A stretch of 64,000 bases of DNA from Chrysomallon squamiferum (GCA_012295275.1 CM022669.1:744001-808000), one strand, 5' to 3'; positions 13,767 through 28,268 are shown, numbered from the stretch's first letter. Program-made: numbers and translations. The notes: generated from the sequence alone by a model not told the origin.

Positions 13767-16700
13767 TAAATAAATAACATTTTTTTTTAAATATATGCAT
13801 TCAGGTACAGATTCAAGCAAATTTCTTTCCATTCCTGTAGTTACAGCTGAACCTCCATTTAATGGACTAAAAGGGAGGAAAGCAGACTGGAAATAAAAAC
13901 TCTGGAGTTTCTGCAGGGTCTCAGAAATAGCACAGATGTTAATATAAACAATGTAGACTAATGTACAAAAATAAATTTAGTTTTAATTCACAGAGTGGAA
14001 TAATCACTAGGATTCATATCGTAACAGACAGATACTGTCAATGCACATACAAATAATAATAATGTAAATATGTAGAGAATTCTAAAATAAACCAGAGCAT
14101 GCACAACATAAATGTGTATCTGACCAATGTACACAGACTGGCACATCTGAGCAGACATCTCTTGGATGCTTCTCTGACTGCTGGACTGAATATTCTGGAT
14201 GTTTTTACAGAGGTCCATTAAATGGAGGTTTGGCTGTGTAGTTATACATTCACTCTTGTACAAGCACACGTAAAGAATAAGATTTACCTTATAAATTGAA
14301 TATTCATCATTGAAAATCTTGTGAAGATTTTTAAAAATTGAAAATGATCTGTAACAAATAAAGAAGAAAAACTAAAAATAAATAAAAATGACAGAGATAA
14401 ATCTTGTTCACAGTTTCCCAAAGACAGTGAAATACAAACAGCTGTGGTTGGGGAATTGATACTATGGCCAAGTTTACATGTTTCTATCTACAGACAAACG
14501 TATTAAAGAAATATGTAATATCTAAATAAAGACTTGTTTTCTTACTTAGCAATGGGTGTGTTGTACCAATGGAACTGTAGTTAGTTAACCTTAATATTAA
14601 AATATTAAAGAAAAATGTAGTATCTAGATAAAGACTTGTTTTCTTACTTAACAAACTGGTTGTTATACCAACATAACTAGAGCCAGTTGACCTACAGTTA
14701 CAAATTAAAGAAATATGTAATATCTAGATAAAGATTTGTTTTCTTACTTATCAATAGGATTGTTGTCATTTTCTGGAAATGTGAATTGCCAGCTGCGACA
14801 TTCTTCATTGTTTTTTCTCTCCACCAGATGCTGCAGAGTGCTCTGACTGAAACTTGTGTTCAGATGTGTGTGCAGCTCCTACAAATTAATTTCTTTTTGT
14901 CAGCCCTGCTAAACATTCCATCATCAACTTTAGACAGAAACAAATGATCCATCTACACAGATTGAGAGGCTGGAATTTAAATGCAATCTAAGGCACAGAC
15001 ACACTGGGAAATCTGTCTAAACCGGCTTGATGTCAGTTAATTTTTTGTGATTTTGTATGTTGGGACCTATGATGCTGTTAAGATGGCCCTGATTGTTATA
15101 GGTAAATATTAATATTAAAATACTGAGTATAAGACAGTGCAAAATGGTTAATCAAAATTTGCTTAACATCTGTACAGGCTGAGAATCTCTTATCTGAAGT
15201 GATTTTGGCCACATATATTCCAGATTTACAAATATTTCAGATTTTGGAAAGAATGTGTTAGTAAAGTTTAAACATAAAATCCCATTTATATTCCAGACAC
15301 AACAATGCTTAATGTTATAGCTTGCAGGTAGTTTTATGCAATACTTTTTATAATTATGTACAGGAAATAAAGTCTGAGTAAATCAAATATCTGAAAACTG
15401 TCAGATACTGATTATTTAGTACCTCAGTAAAACAAGTCAGAATTAACAATTTCAGATAAGGTATGTTCAGCTGGTATTTATATATATAGATATATATATA
15501 TATTTTAATTATTATTATGATTATTATTATTTTTTTTTTTTTTAACTACGATAATTGTAAATGTGTTTTAAAATTATTTCATTGACTGGTGATGTACAGA
15601 ATAAAATTGCTGATACAGACAGAATGCATACTTGGTATTCATGTTACCGAATATTATTATTCAAAATCATTATAATGATTATAAATAATTATAATTATGG
15701 TTTCATTTGCATGGACCAACAGGAATGATAACTTTTAACGGCACAAATTACGTCGCGGGAAAAAAGCCTCAAGATATTTTGCTGATTATTAAAAAAACAA
15801 CCCCTAAATTTATTTTCTGCTGGGTTCTGACAGGGGGAACATTGACAACTACAAAAGTTAATACATTAATCTTATTCCGAATTATAATTTCAGTTTATTA
15901 TGCATGCATTTACACAAAAATAATCCAGGTTGAAAAGTTTGATTAAGTTGAAAAAATAGTAATATCATGGTTTGGTAATATGAACATGCATCCTTATCTT
16001 TATCAGTGTAAATCATAAAAAGTTCAGAAAATAGACGTAAAATAATTTGGAAGTTTAAAACACTGATCAGACGGTTTATGAGCGCTTACAGAAACATTTA
16101 CAAACATATAAACATGTATTCATTCATAATGCAATCAATTCTACATTGATTATTAAAAGTATTTTGGGTAATTATATCATATAATCAATGCCTCGTATAT
16201 ACATATGTGTGTTTTTGAGTACTAATTACTGCAAAGGTGGAAAAGGGTTTCTATCTAGTTGTCTTTATTCATTCATTTATTCATTTATGCTTTGCTTTAA
16301 ATTCATCTTCATACCAAACTTTATACATGTGTAAAGTTCTGTATTTTATTATTTTTCACATCTTATTTATATATTATTTCTATTATCAAAATATAAATTA
16401 TTATGTGTTTTTTCTTGCCCGTGTTGCATATCGGGATATGCATAATTGTTCTGTATACCTGTCCTTTATATTCACTTGTGTATTATTTACAGGTATCTGT
16501 AACCAGTTGTGTTATCTATTTTAGTCCATCACTGAATCTTGAGCAACACGCAGGTGTTCATAGAATTTGCAAAAGTCTTAGATATACATCTGTCAGTGAC
16601 AGGTATCTGCAGTTTTTGAATTATTTCCACAATTTGGGGTTTTTTTTTTAGTCATGTGAGGTACGTTGTGGGGTATACATCTGTCCATCCTATGACTGAA

Positions 16701-18617
16701 ATTTATTTATTTATCTGCTGGAAACACATTAAAATATGTATTGTTGTACACATTCAAGTAGCTCATTTTTCTGGAGATAAGAAAAATTTACAATTCTACA
16801 CAAACAGTTAATATTGGTGAAATTCCTAATAAAAAATAGTAGTCCTCAATCAGCCATATCACAAATGAAATGTTGATTCATCATCACTTTAAAATAATCA
16901 AAACCAAAGGCACAGACTGTACTATATATGATTTAGCTTCAGCTATGAACATCCCAGTAATATTTGAATTGTGAAACAGAAATTGGGATATTTGTTGTTT
17001 GATGCTGTTAAATAAGAACATTTTAATTTGATATTGACATTCTGTTTTGCAAAAAGTTCTGTTTTATTCAACAGTTTTTTTTTTTTATCAAAAATCTAAA
17101 CCTATGGAACAATAAGTAACAAACAAGTATTTCACAATTTTAAATCAGTGCAATAACATGTTACATCTGTGTCATATTAAAATAAATGAAATTGGTTCTG
17201 TTGTTTTTAATACTTTGTGTATGAAGATGCTTATATCTTAATGCATGCAAGAATTCAGCTGTTCAGATGTTTGATCTGCTGACCGAGAAAAGAGATGTTA
17301 TGAACATTTGTTACAGTTGTAGATCATAATATCATACTCATTTTAATAGATCACCATCAAAGTGACTGACTCCATGATCAAATTGCACACTTGCACAAAG
17401 TCATCTGGGGTAACAGTGGACACAAATGTTGTAAGCTGTATTTTGTCAGCTGATGTCCCTGTTGTAATATTGTTTACAAGCTCCTTGCATACAGATAATG
17501 TCAAAGTGCAGTTAAGTGTTAATGGAATTTGTTTCAGTAAATTTTCAAGCATTTACTGAAACAAAGACAAACAGTTATCAGTTATTTTCTAGATACATCA
17601 TTTAGAAGTGAAATTAACTTTTTATGTCACAATGACTTGACTTTATTGCTAAAATGTTTTTTATACAAATGTAATTTGCATGTTGGATTTTTTGTGAAAT
17701 CTATTGTTACAGAGAAGCATAATGGCTGTTAAAATATAACAGAAATTATTATTTTAAAGTCTGAAACATACTTTTGCATAGAACAGTTTGTTTATTATAC
17801 TCATTTCAGAGGTTATGGAGCCAGAAAGAAAAGAAAAAAAGAACCAGTTTCAGAAAGATATAGATGTAAATACGCTGTTATGCTGAAGATGGAATATTTT
17901 TCACTTATATATATTGCTGCAAAAATGTTCTTTAAAAATTCTGTTTTCTGTTATTTACTTTCCATTTTCAATGCATAATAGGTCGTGCTGTTTGTAAGAA
18001 TGATATTTGGATGATTTTGCTGAAAAATTCATTATAGTGTCTTGGTTCCAGTTTTAAAACAAAATTGATTTTTTTTTTTTTTTTAAACTTCTGTCATAAC
18101 TCACATAAAAATTGATTTTTCAATCTTTTTCATTGAAACAAAAAGCATTCAACTTCTAAAACATGTACTATGCAAACAATGAGTCTCCTATTTTAATTTT
18201 TATAAAATCAATGGTCCATGCTAGTTTGATACCACTCAATGAATTCCTTGAGTCACTGCTACTAATACTGGCAATTCTTCTAAATTACAAATCAAAAACT
18301 CTTTCATAATATATTTCTAGTACATTTTTATAATTATTAAAACCTTTATATGCGGGATGATGCTAAAAATGTGAAATAAAAAGAAAAAAAGAAGTGTTTA
18401 CATTTTTGTAATGTATAATTATTCAGCCACTCCCGAAACTGAGGTGCGTTTCGAACAATCATCTTACAATGTGTCAGATGCGAGTATAGAAAGAACTAAC
18501 TGACATCATCTTTACAGTTACATCTCAAGATTATAGAGAGCATATTTCTAGCAAACTTACAACTTTTGGCAATTTGTGACAGAATTCTTGCAATGACTGA
18601 CTGAAATTAGCACTCAT
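8579..18617 (-). CDS. ADAL: Adenosine deaminase-like protein (ADAL/MAPDA, N6-methyl-AMP deaminase family), 8 exons, 358 aa
   Basis: Exons (minus) 18617-18561, 14878-14748, 14348-14288, 12432-12136, 11827-11747, 11280-11130, 10258-10158, 8776-8579; all GT-AG, 1077 nt. Motifs LPKVELHTHLN, VKYLELRSTPK, IDRR, GIDFSGDP, LKLALHLAE, DRIGHGT, EVCMTSNVK, HPVILCTDGKGV, EYILAAETF, WDLSYNSI..IFASD. Confidence 0.93.
9374..10129 (+). mobile_element. pogo/Tigger-family DNA transposon, internally deleted non-autonomous copy (in ADAL intron 7)
   Basis: TIRs CAGTGGTACCTCGA... / ...TCAAGGTACCACTG flanked by TA on both sides (9372-9373, 10130-10131). Internal remnant from ATG 9610, MDPKKVSAKDSAEKKKQMMSIELKHEIIEKHEQG...STISTILKQK, is a CENP-B-type N-terminal HTH of Tigger transposases; no DDE domain seen. 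Confidence 0.88.
13844..14236. mobile_element. ~390-bp MITE with Tc1/pogo-like TIRs (ADAL intron 3)
   Basis: CAGCTGAACCTCCATTTAATGGAC at 13844 and inverted GTCCATTAAATGGAGGTTTGGCTG ending 14236 (18-bp exact core); TA on the left, TG on the right. Confidence 0.65.
14502..14750. repeat. ~101-bp degenerate tandem triplication including the ADAL exon-2 donor site
   Basis: ATTAAAGAAA.ATGTA.TATCTA.ATAAAGA.TTGTTTTCTTACTTA recurs at ~14502, ~14604 and ~14704. Confidence 0.75.
15709..18221. mobile_element. Non-autonomous TIR DNA transposon (TIR GCATGGACCA), copy A, in ADAL intron 1
   Basis: Ends GCATGGACCAAC / ATGGTCCATGC. 15709-~16250 and ~17750-18221 are clearly homologous (inverted) to 56891-58073; an extra ~1.3-1.5 kb internal segment is present only here. 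Confidence 0.8.
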
Positions 18618-19215
18618 ATTAATTTTATAAAATAAAACTCGTCTGCCACTTATGTCTCGATCAATGAAGCACTTTTTATCTGCTTGAAATTCCTCCTTTG
18701 TAATCGAGCATCAATATAATTATGGTTTTATCATTTATAATAATGACTTTATTTTTCTTATTTTCATAAAGCATATGTTTGTAACAGACACGGATTATAT
18801 ATGTATATAATTATGCGCGAGTTTGTGTACGAGTCTCGGGGATGGATGACAAACGTCGAAATCTTCTGCTGTTAATTTTCGTTTCTTTTACTTTCTTTAT
18901 GTCTTTTTATTTATTTATTTATTTATTTTTTGTTGTTGTTGTTGAACAGATTAATAACTAATTATTATCAAATGACATGAAATACTAGTGCTCTTGTAGT
19001 TAACATTACGTTTTCATTTTCAGTGCTAATAGTTCAAACAGAGGTCACAGACTAGTAGGGTTTTTTATTTATTTATTTGTGGGATGTTTTTTAACGTCAC
19101 CACTAGATGATATTTCATGTGTGATGTTTCACTGTTCAGTTTGTGTTGTTTAGATTTGATCAACACCTTATTTTAAAATTTAAAAAAAACCTTATAATAT
19201 ATATATTTTTTTTAG

Positions 19216-19259
<44 letters not shown>

Positions 19260-19328
19260 CGGAATTCAGATTGCGTAACAAATTCATTTTTCTGCGACAT
19301 CCGCCTGTTTATTTTCACGTTAAGGAAT

Positions 19329-19374
<46 letters not shown>

Positions 19375-21232
19375 CACGTTTGTACCTATTTTTGAACTCC
19401 AGGGGCGTTGTTTTAAAAGAGCTGGCACTTGGTAATTAAAACAGAGAGGGAAAAGGCCAAAACGAGAGCTCAGTCAGGTGAGAAACAATGTTTTTGAATG
19501 AAATTGTCTTAACGACGAGTATAATAAGCCATTGACTATTCTTATTTTGATAGGGTGTAGTGCAATTAATCTCTGACAATATTGAATATACATCAAATTT
19601 TGATTGTTTAATCTGTCCTCCATGCAGATTCTTATTTTATCGTGGTTCCCCAAATAACCATATCATTATTCAAACTTATTTAAATATATATTTTATGATT
19701 GTATAATATAATATTATCAAGTCACCTGTATATCATAATTAAATAATTAGCGTGAACCTTAACTTGTGTTGTGATTATTTCTCTAGTAGACAGATAGAAT
19801 TTTGACTTATATAGATTGCTCTCAACTTGGCTTTTATATTCCTTGTAAGATGGCATTAAAGCACCTTTTTATCCAAGATGTTTTATGTGACTGATTTTTA
19901 AATAATTGTGTTATTTAACTTTGAATGACACACAACAGCCAATTTTATTTTTATGCTGGAGGATACTTGAACAAACATACTAACAAATAAAAGCGTGTAC
20001 ATACATATGTATATACACATACATCCATGTATTAGAATATAAAAATTTACCTTGTTCCTAAAGCCTCCACTACTACAAAAATGGAGGTCCACACGTCTCA
20101 AATTCTTTATGAATTCCTTTACACTGTTTTCGTGACGCAATAAAATGTGAGAATCAGAGTAAAATAATATGTACATTCATACACCATCTTCATCATTCAT
20201 CATCATAATCATCTTCATCATCATCACCATATTATAATACAGTATGAAAAGGATGCATCCATTATTTCTTTTTACAAGTGTATGGACACTGCATTTTATT
20301 TATTAAAAAAAAAAAAAAAAAAAAAAAAAATAGTAATAAAATAGAATCAGTCAATCAGTCAGTAATAATAATAATAATAAAAATGAACATAGATTTTGTA
20401 ATTAATCATTAATATTATTATTACTCGATGTAAATATATTTATTATTATTGTTATTGTTGTTTTTATTTATTTATTTATTTATTCAAATCACTTTTATGT
20501 TGAATCAGTGTTGGAAATTATGATCACTTTAAAGTTTAAATTAAATTTTAGAGCAGTCTGTGCGTGGTGTAATAATTTCTCCTGAAACACTAGTAATTTA
20601 GAAACTTTTCTCTTCTCTGAGGCAAATATTTACATTTTAAACGTTAACTCCTTCAGTTTCCAAAAGCTGACATATCATTACATGGTTTACTATTTTTAAA
20701 CTGCGATGTTGAAGACCACAGGATTTTACGTTTATTCCAGAGAAAAAATAGACAAGTTCAACGCATTCTTTCCAAATGTATGACGTATTCAAAAATTACT
20801 AAGTGCAAGATAAATTCACGGAAAATCTGTACGTTAAAAACTGAAGATACCATAGTATAATTAAACATCCTCATATTTATTTTGTAAGATTTAAAAACAT
20901 CATTAGTAACTAATAATAACATCGACGGATAAAAGTAAATGATTAATTTAATAACTGTCTCTTTTTACAAGTATTGTACAGATCATACTTTTACGTTTTA
21001 GCGAAATACCTTTTTAGAAATATTGTTACATTAGTCAATAAATATAAAATGCATTCGAGGTAATTTACATGCGATTTTCATAATCATAAAAATGATTTTA
21101 TAATAAATTTTTGTAATATTACCATTTGTGATTACGTGATATACGAGTTATTTATATCTGGATTTTATGTACTTTTAGTAGATACTATATTGTAACGTAG
21201 AGCCTCGAGGCACGACAACGATTTAGTTATTA

Positions 21233-21301
<69 letters not shown>

Positions 21302-21687
21302 TTATATATTATTATTTAACAAGCAAGGCAAGAAACTCTTACAAGCAGATTTCATGTTTCCACAACTGTACCGTAACCAAGTCCCCTCAGCTCGACTCGG
21401 AACAAACTGCTTATTCATGTTTGCTTGGAGACAAAACAACTATCAAAGGCTAAGTGCTCCTGTAAAGCTGGATGAGTATATTTTGGGATTAAACCGATAT
21501 TTCAGCATGGTTTATTTTAATGCAAAAGAAAAAAGAAAAAGAAAAGTAACAAACCAGAATATAACAATATACACACGTGTCTTAAAGCTGCAATGTCAGG
21601 ACTATTTGTAATAGTTGAATACTTACAGTTACATGCGCCCAAATGTTTAGTTTGAATTCGCCTGACAACCAGTTTTGGTCATATGCA

Positions 21688-21729
<42 letters not shown>

Positions 21730-21753
21730 TTTGTTGTTGTTTACACTGTCTTT

Positions 21754-21960
21754 GGGTCCACTCGGCCATTTCTTGTTCCAGCAAGTGCACCATATGCTAC
21801 CCTGTGTGTGGGATGCACTCTAATCAAAAATAGTAACCCATCAAGTGGTAACAGCGGGTTTCCTCTCTCAATATAGTGTGGTCCTTAACCATATGCCGAC
21901 ACTATATAACCGTAAAAAAATATGCTGAGTGTGTTATGAAATAAAACATTTCTTTCTTCT
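21754..21960 (+). mobile_element. Degenerate 3' part of a gastropod SINE-like repeat
   Basis: ...AGTGGTAACAGCGGGTTTCCTCTCTCAATAT..GTGTGGTCCTTAACCATATG..CCGAC..ATATAACCGTAAA..GCTGAGTGTG..AAATAAAACATTTCTTTC resembles an abundant gastropod SINE tail recalled from memory; not verified by search. Confidence 0.5.
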
Positions 21961-23531
21961 TTTTTCCCCTGTTTAATGGCTGTGTGTGGGCATGTATATT
22001 ATTAATTTCTGGGTAATTCGTATATTGCTTAATATCACCTGTGTGTATTATTATTATTTGAAAACATGTTTTATAAATGACTTTTTTTTTTTTTTTAGTG
22101 TGTGGTCGCCCACATAGTAAACATTTTTTTTTGTTGTGCTTTCAGCTTCGGAAGCGGTATAAATGTCAAATGCTGTCCACTTTCGTACCGTTCATACGAT
22201 TTGCATGTCCCCCAAGCACATCGCTTCACCAGTGTGTATGAACAATGTCTTCTAACAAAGGAAGTATTAACTCTTGATGAACAACTGAACTAAACAATGA
22301 TCAACATAAAAACACCGCTTGTGGGACAATATGGCGGCCGAAAATAAAACATTATGGGTGTGTGGAAATGGCATGCTCTGATTGGTTGAAGTTCCGAAGT
22401 GATTGGCACCTGTTGAAACATGACTTTCAGAAAATTTGCGCTGTAACAGATTTGGTCCTTGACAATAGGGCGTCGTGTAAACGATGACGTTACAACAATT
22501 ATTTTATATCATTGGTTGATGACGTCAAATAAGAAGAATAAACGAGAGATAACCTTTTTTCTTTCTTTTTTGTTGTATTTTTTTTATTTGTAGGCGACTT
22601 TTGAAATTATTATTTTCGACAACTGTGCAATTGTGCCCAAACATTTTTTTGTTTTTGTTTTAGAGCCTACACTTCAGTGTAAATCCAAGTTGCATAAATA
22701 AATTGATTTTTTTGTTCTTATACATACGTATTCCCCACCCCATTCTTCTTACGTACTCGTAATTAAACAGTCCCCGATAGCTTGAGTGTTGCCTAGCAGA
22801 CGAGTGAACTGGAAATGAACACCTGCTGTAATGAGGCTATGAGAAGAAACAAATAAAAGAGTTTTGTACTGTGAATTAACGCACAGAGGAAGCGAGTCCA
22901 GTGAAAATGGCAACATGACACGTAACGAATAATTTTAAATTCATTATGCAATTTTATTTGGCATTTAAACTCAAAACACAATAGAATTAAATGAAAAAAA
23001 ATAAAAAAAAAAAAAAAATATATACATAAAATAATAAATAAAATATAAATAAAATATAAATAAAGTAAAACAAAAAAAAAAAATACAGTAAGCTCGAGCA
23101 GATATATATATGTGAGACAATAAGTTTTTTTGTTAAATTATTTTAACAAAAGAGAAGAAAACAGACATATATTATTTTAAATGTATGAACAACAGTTTCT
23201 TTCGTCTAGGCTTCTACATATCACTTTATTATCATCTATTAGTGACCAGCTTTCCTTCAAAACTCACTTAGTAAAATAAAGTAATGAGTCCAGGAATATC
23301 TACCAATTAAAATAATAAATAAACAACAACAGCAATAATGCTAATTAATGATTTTCAACAATATGTGTGCTCAGGGAGAATGTTCGCACCACCCCAGCTA
23401 TACCACAGCTGCACGCGCTGCTATAACAGTACAGTTAATAATTAAAAAATAATAATTTTAGATTATGAAATGCGTTTCAGTTTTGAACGATTAATCCAGT
23501 GTAGAACAAACTTTATAAAATTATTCAAGTA

Positions 23532-23639
<108 letters not shown>

Positions 23640-23897
23640 ATACAGTAATCGAATACTGGTTGGTTTTGTTATTTTGTTGTGTTGTTTTTTAAATTTATTA
23701 TCAGGAAGAAAACCATATCACTGGTGATTATTAGAAAAGAAGTTTATTGTTTTTGTATTTAACTCGCTGTGTTTGTTTATACATTTTTGTAGATTTGTTG
23801 TTTGTCATAGATTCTTACGAAATCGAACCTTTAAATTATATTATTTTATCGTTGCTAAAAATACAGACTGGAACATTTCCAGAACTGTGGATTTTTA

Positions 23898-23944
<47 letters not shown>

Positions 23945-24949
23945 TAACCTACGTAATAATTTTTACTGAACAAGCTTCATTTTGATAATTTCGATTTGAT
24001 ACAGAATCGTCCAACAAGAAGTTCGCGCACACAAAATTATATAAAATAAGAAGAAGCGAGTTAAATGAATAAGATTAGCTGAAATCAGATGTAAGTGTCA
24101 GCGAGGAACACTTGAAGATCACAGCAGTGAACTGAGATGACAAACAGTGACTGACATTTCAGCGTTGTTTGACAGATTCATGTGTATTAAGATTAGTATA
24201 GGAAGTGTAAACACACGGAGTACAATGAGATATCAGTTTTCAAAGTAATCACACTGATTTTACAGCGGTAAAAACACACTCACTTGTGTGTTAATTAACA
24301 AAATCTCGGCTAAATATACATCACGTGAATGTGTAAACATTTTTTATAAAGCAGTAGCGCTAGTTCACACAAAACGAAAAATGATGTACGAATAAAATAA
24401 AGTGTGTAAAGGTTAAAATGAAATAAAATATTATTTTCATTTAGTGATAATATATTTTTATAACAAATGCAAACATGTGCTTTAATCTTTCAATGTTCAA
24501 AAAAAGGGACTAAAAATACTTTCTGTAATCAAATGGTAAAATATGAAAAGTGATAATTTTGTTTAAAATTTGTAATAAAATTGTCAGACATTGTTCAGAT
24601 AAGAGTTTTAAAATATAATAAAACATTTCACGCAGCCCTGTTGAATGTCGACACCAGGTTGTGTTACTGCAGTTACTGCTCAGGTTTGAACACACATTCA
24701 ATTCAAATATTCTCTACCTTTAGCTTCTGTTGTGTTGAGACCTGTACGAATACGAACAATGTTTTGTATTTTGTAATGTATGCATCTGTGATACCATCAC
24801 TGACAAGGAGATTTGCACTACTGTCAAAATGTTTCAGTGGTCCACAAGGAAATATTATCATCAATAACAATGTTAGGTAACGAGGCGTGACGTCACACAG
24901 GGTTAATGTGGAGCGTGTTCGAGTTGCGTGACAAATACCGAAAAAAATC

Positions 24950-24983
<34 letters not shown>

Positions 24984-25969
24984 CATTGGCTTCAGCAGTT
25001 TTAATTTAAATAATACTTTAACATCAAACTACATTAATTTTCTGTAAGTAAGTGGACACTAACTTTCTATAAATAATATTTAACATACTCAAAACCATCT
25101 TTTTGTAAATAACAAGTACTGAGACTTTGATTGTTTAGGGGTTTTTTATTTATTTTCTACAACAGTAACAACAAATCAACTGGGGCTAATTATTATATAT
25201 ATAATAATAATAATTATCATAAATAAAACGTTTTTTCTTGCCTGTCAATTGAAAAACTCAAAGGATTTCCTCTTTTGTTAGCCGTAGTAGTAGTGGTAAT
25301 CTTAGTAATAGTCGTCGTCGTCGTGGTAGTAGCAGTGGAAGTAGAACTATTTGTAGCAGTAGTAGTAATAATAATAACAATAGTAGGAATAGTATTAGTA
25401 GTAGTAATAGTAATAGAATAGTTGTAGTGATAGTAATAGTAATATTATCAATAGTAGTATCATTAATAGTAGTAGTAATAGAAATAATAGTAGTTGCGGT
25501 ATTAGTAGTAGTAGTAATAGAATAGTAGTAGTAGTAACAGTATCAATAGTAATATCAGTAGTAGTAACAGAAGTAGTAGTAATAGTAGTAGTAGTAGTAG
25601 AAAAATACTAGCAACAGTTGTAGTAGTAGTGGTAACAGCAGTCGTGGTATTAGTAGTACAGCAGTATAAATAAATAAATAAATAAATAAAAAGAAGAAAA
25701 AAGAAAAAAGACAAAGTAACTAGACATGAATAATGGAATTATTAAGATTAAAATGTATTCATATAAGGGTATTCATTCATTCAAAACAATTCCATACACA
25801 CCGATAGGTTTTCAAGCTGTCATATTTAGTAAATAATAAATTAAAAATAATTAAATCAGTAAAATTAAATAGAAGAGTGTAGAAAAAAAAATTTAAAATT
25901 TAAAAAAATAAAAAAAAAATAGAAGAAAGTAAACGAAATACAATTAAAATTTGTCATTTATTTTGTCTC

Positions 25970-26261
25970 TCGACGCGATTCAACGTGTGCGAGAGTCACG
26001 TGACCAGCCAGAGGACGGGAAATAAAGTATCAATAAAAGCACTCATTGATTATGACATAATACCCACAGCGAAATCTACAGAACCGCTGCAACGACGACT
26101 GTACAGTATCACGGCAACATCGACGTCGCTGTCGTTTAGCATTATCTCTACTATTCAGGATTTTGTGTGACACAAGTCGAGTCGGGTTGTTTCCACTCAA
26201 TGGCGTGTTCATTATTTGCCATTACTGCACGAAGAGTTCATCTTGACGTGAAGCGTTACTG
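25970..26261 (+). promoter_or_regulatory. CpG-rich candidate promoter / non-coding first exon of LicD gene 1
   Basis: Local CpG enrichment ending at a strong donor CTG|GTAAGT (GT at 26262); further candidate UTR exon 28625-28676 (ttgcag|...CGG|gtaaag). Confidence 0.45.
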
Positions 26262-26608
26262 GTAAGTGTAGCTGCACTTAGTCCGGGGGAGGGGGGTAGA
26301 GATTTCAGCACATTTACAGTGCCATTGTGGCATGTTTTGCTACACATTTTATTTTTAATTATAAATTTTTTTATTTTTTTTTTTTAATTTTTAATTTTTT
26401 TTTTAATGTGATGATTAATTCGTGATGAGTGTGCTAATGGACACTGTCATACTTTATTAAACGTGGTTTTAACAGCAGCTGATGTCTGTACACTGATTAA
26501 CGTACCTAGTGACTGTAATGCTGATACACTGCACTAAATCACCGATAACAATGTCCTGTCAAATACATCTTAGTGATATACATACAAGATTAACATAATT
26601 CTGACTGA

Positions 26609-26897
<289 letters not shown>

Positions 26898-27157
26898 AGT
26901 TAAAAAGGGACACAGACAGACACACTGAAGAAGTAAACACTGTGAAAACAGCCGTGTATTTACGTGGTGTTCAACTATTTGGTGAGCGGATATTTTACGA
27001 AGAGCTGTCTCATTGATTTTCGGGAGAGCCGGTGTGGCGTGCAGGACGTAACACTGAGACGTCCCTCTATCGACTTGCACTCCTCGCGTTTCTCTGATCG
27101 ATAGCAGACAGCTGGCCATGATAGCTCAGTATATTAATTGTAGTTCAAACACATTCT

Positions 27158-27163
27158 CATACA

Positions 27164-27197
<34 letters not shown>

Positions 27198-27427
27198 CAT
27201 ACATACAGATATACATACATACATGCATGCATGCAACATACGTTATATACATACATACATATATACATACGTTATATACATACATTATATACATACATAC
27301 ATACATACATATATACATACATACATACATATATACATACGTTATATACATAGATACATATACATGTATACATATATATATATACAAACATATATAGAAA
27401 CATATATACATACGTACATACATATAG

Positions 27428-27458
<31 letters not shown>

Positions 27459-27620
27459 CACATTCTTATGCATACATACATTATTACATACAAACATACA
27501 TATGCACATATGTTTTAACACACACATACGTACATACATACATCATGCACATATATATACATACATACATACATACATGTGTATATATATATGTATGTAT
27601 GTATGTATGTGTATATATAC
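27158..27620. repeat. Degenerate (TACA)n/(TA)n simple repeat
   Basis: Direct reading; source of several spurious ORFs. Confidence 0.95.
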
Positions 27621-28153
27621 ACGGTCATAGACACACACAGACACACAGAGACACACACAGACACACACACAGACACTAACACGGCTATTTCGTTTCCGGC
27701 AACGTCGTTTGTCGTTGTCTCCCAGTCAAACAGTCAGTGAAGTGCACACACAAAGTTCAGTAATAAGCGCGTGCTAATTTTACTCCGAGGGGAAATGAAA
27801 CAGTTTTTCTGACGTCGAAAAGAGCGGAAAGGGAAACCATGACACAGTTTCTGAGTGTAACGATTATTTTACATCCTCGATCTGCTGTATAAGTCACACA
27901 CTAGAATAAAATATCATTTTAAGATAATAATAATAATAATAATAAAATACAGTGGTTGAAAGTCCACATCTGAATACACGGACAAACAAGTGAACGATTT
28001 GTATATGTAACTGAAATACGATTCTGAAATCAGATAAATGAAATGTTAGTGTTTCAATCCAATTTTTTTTATCTCCCCTGCCCCATTTGTTTTGTCCATG
28101 ACTGTACAAGATATGTTGTGACTAATGTCTACTGATATTAATACACTAACATA

Positions 28154-28268
<115 letters not shown>

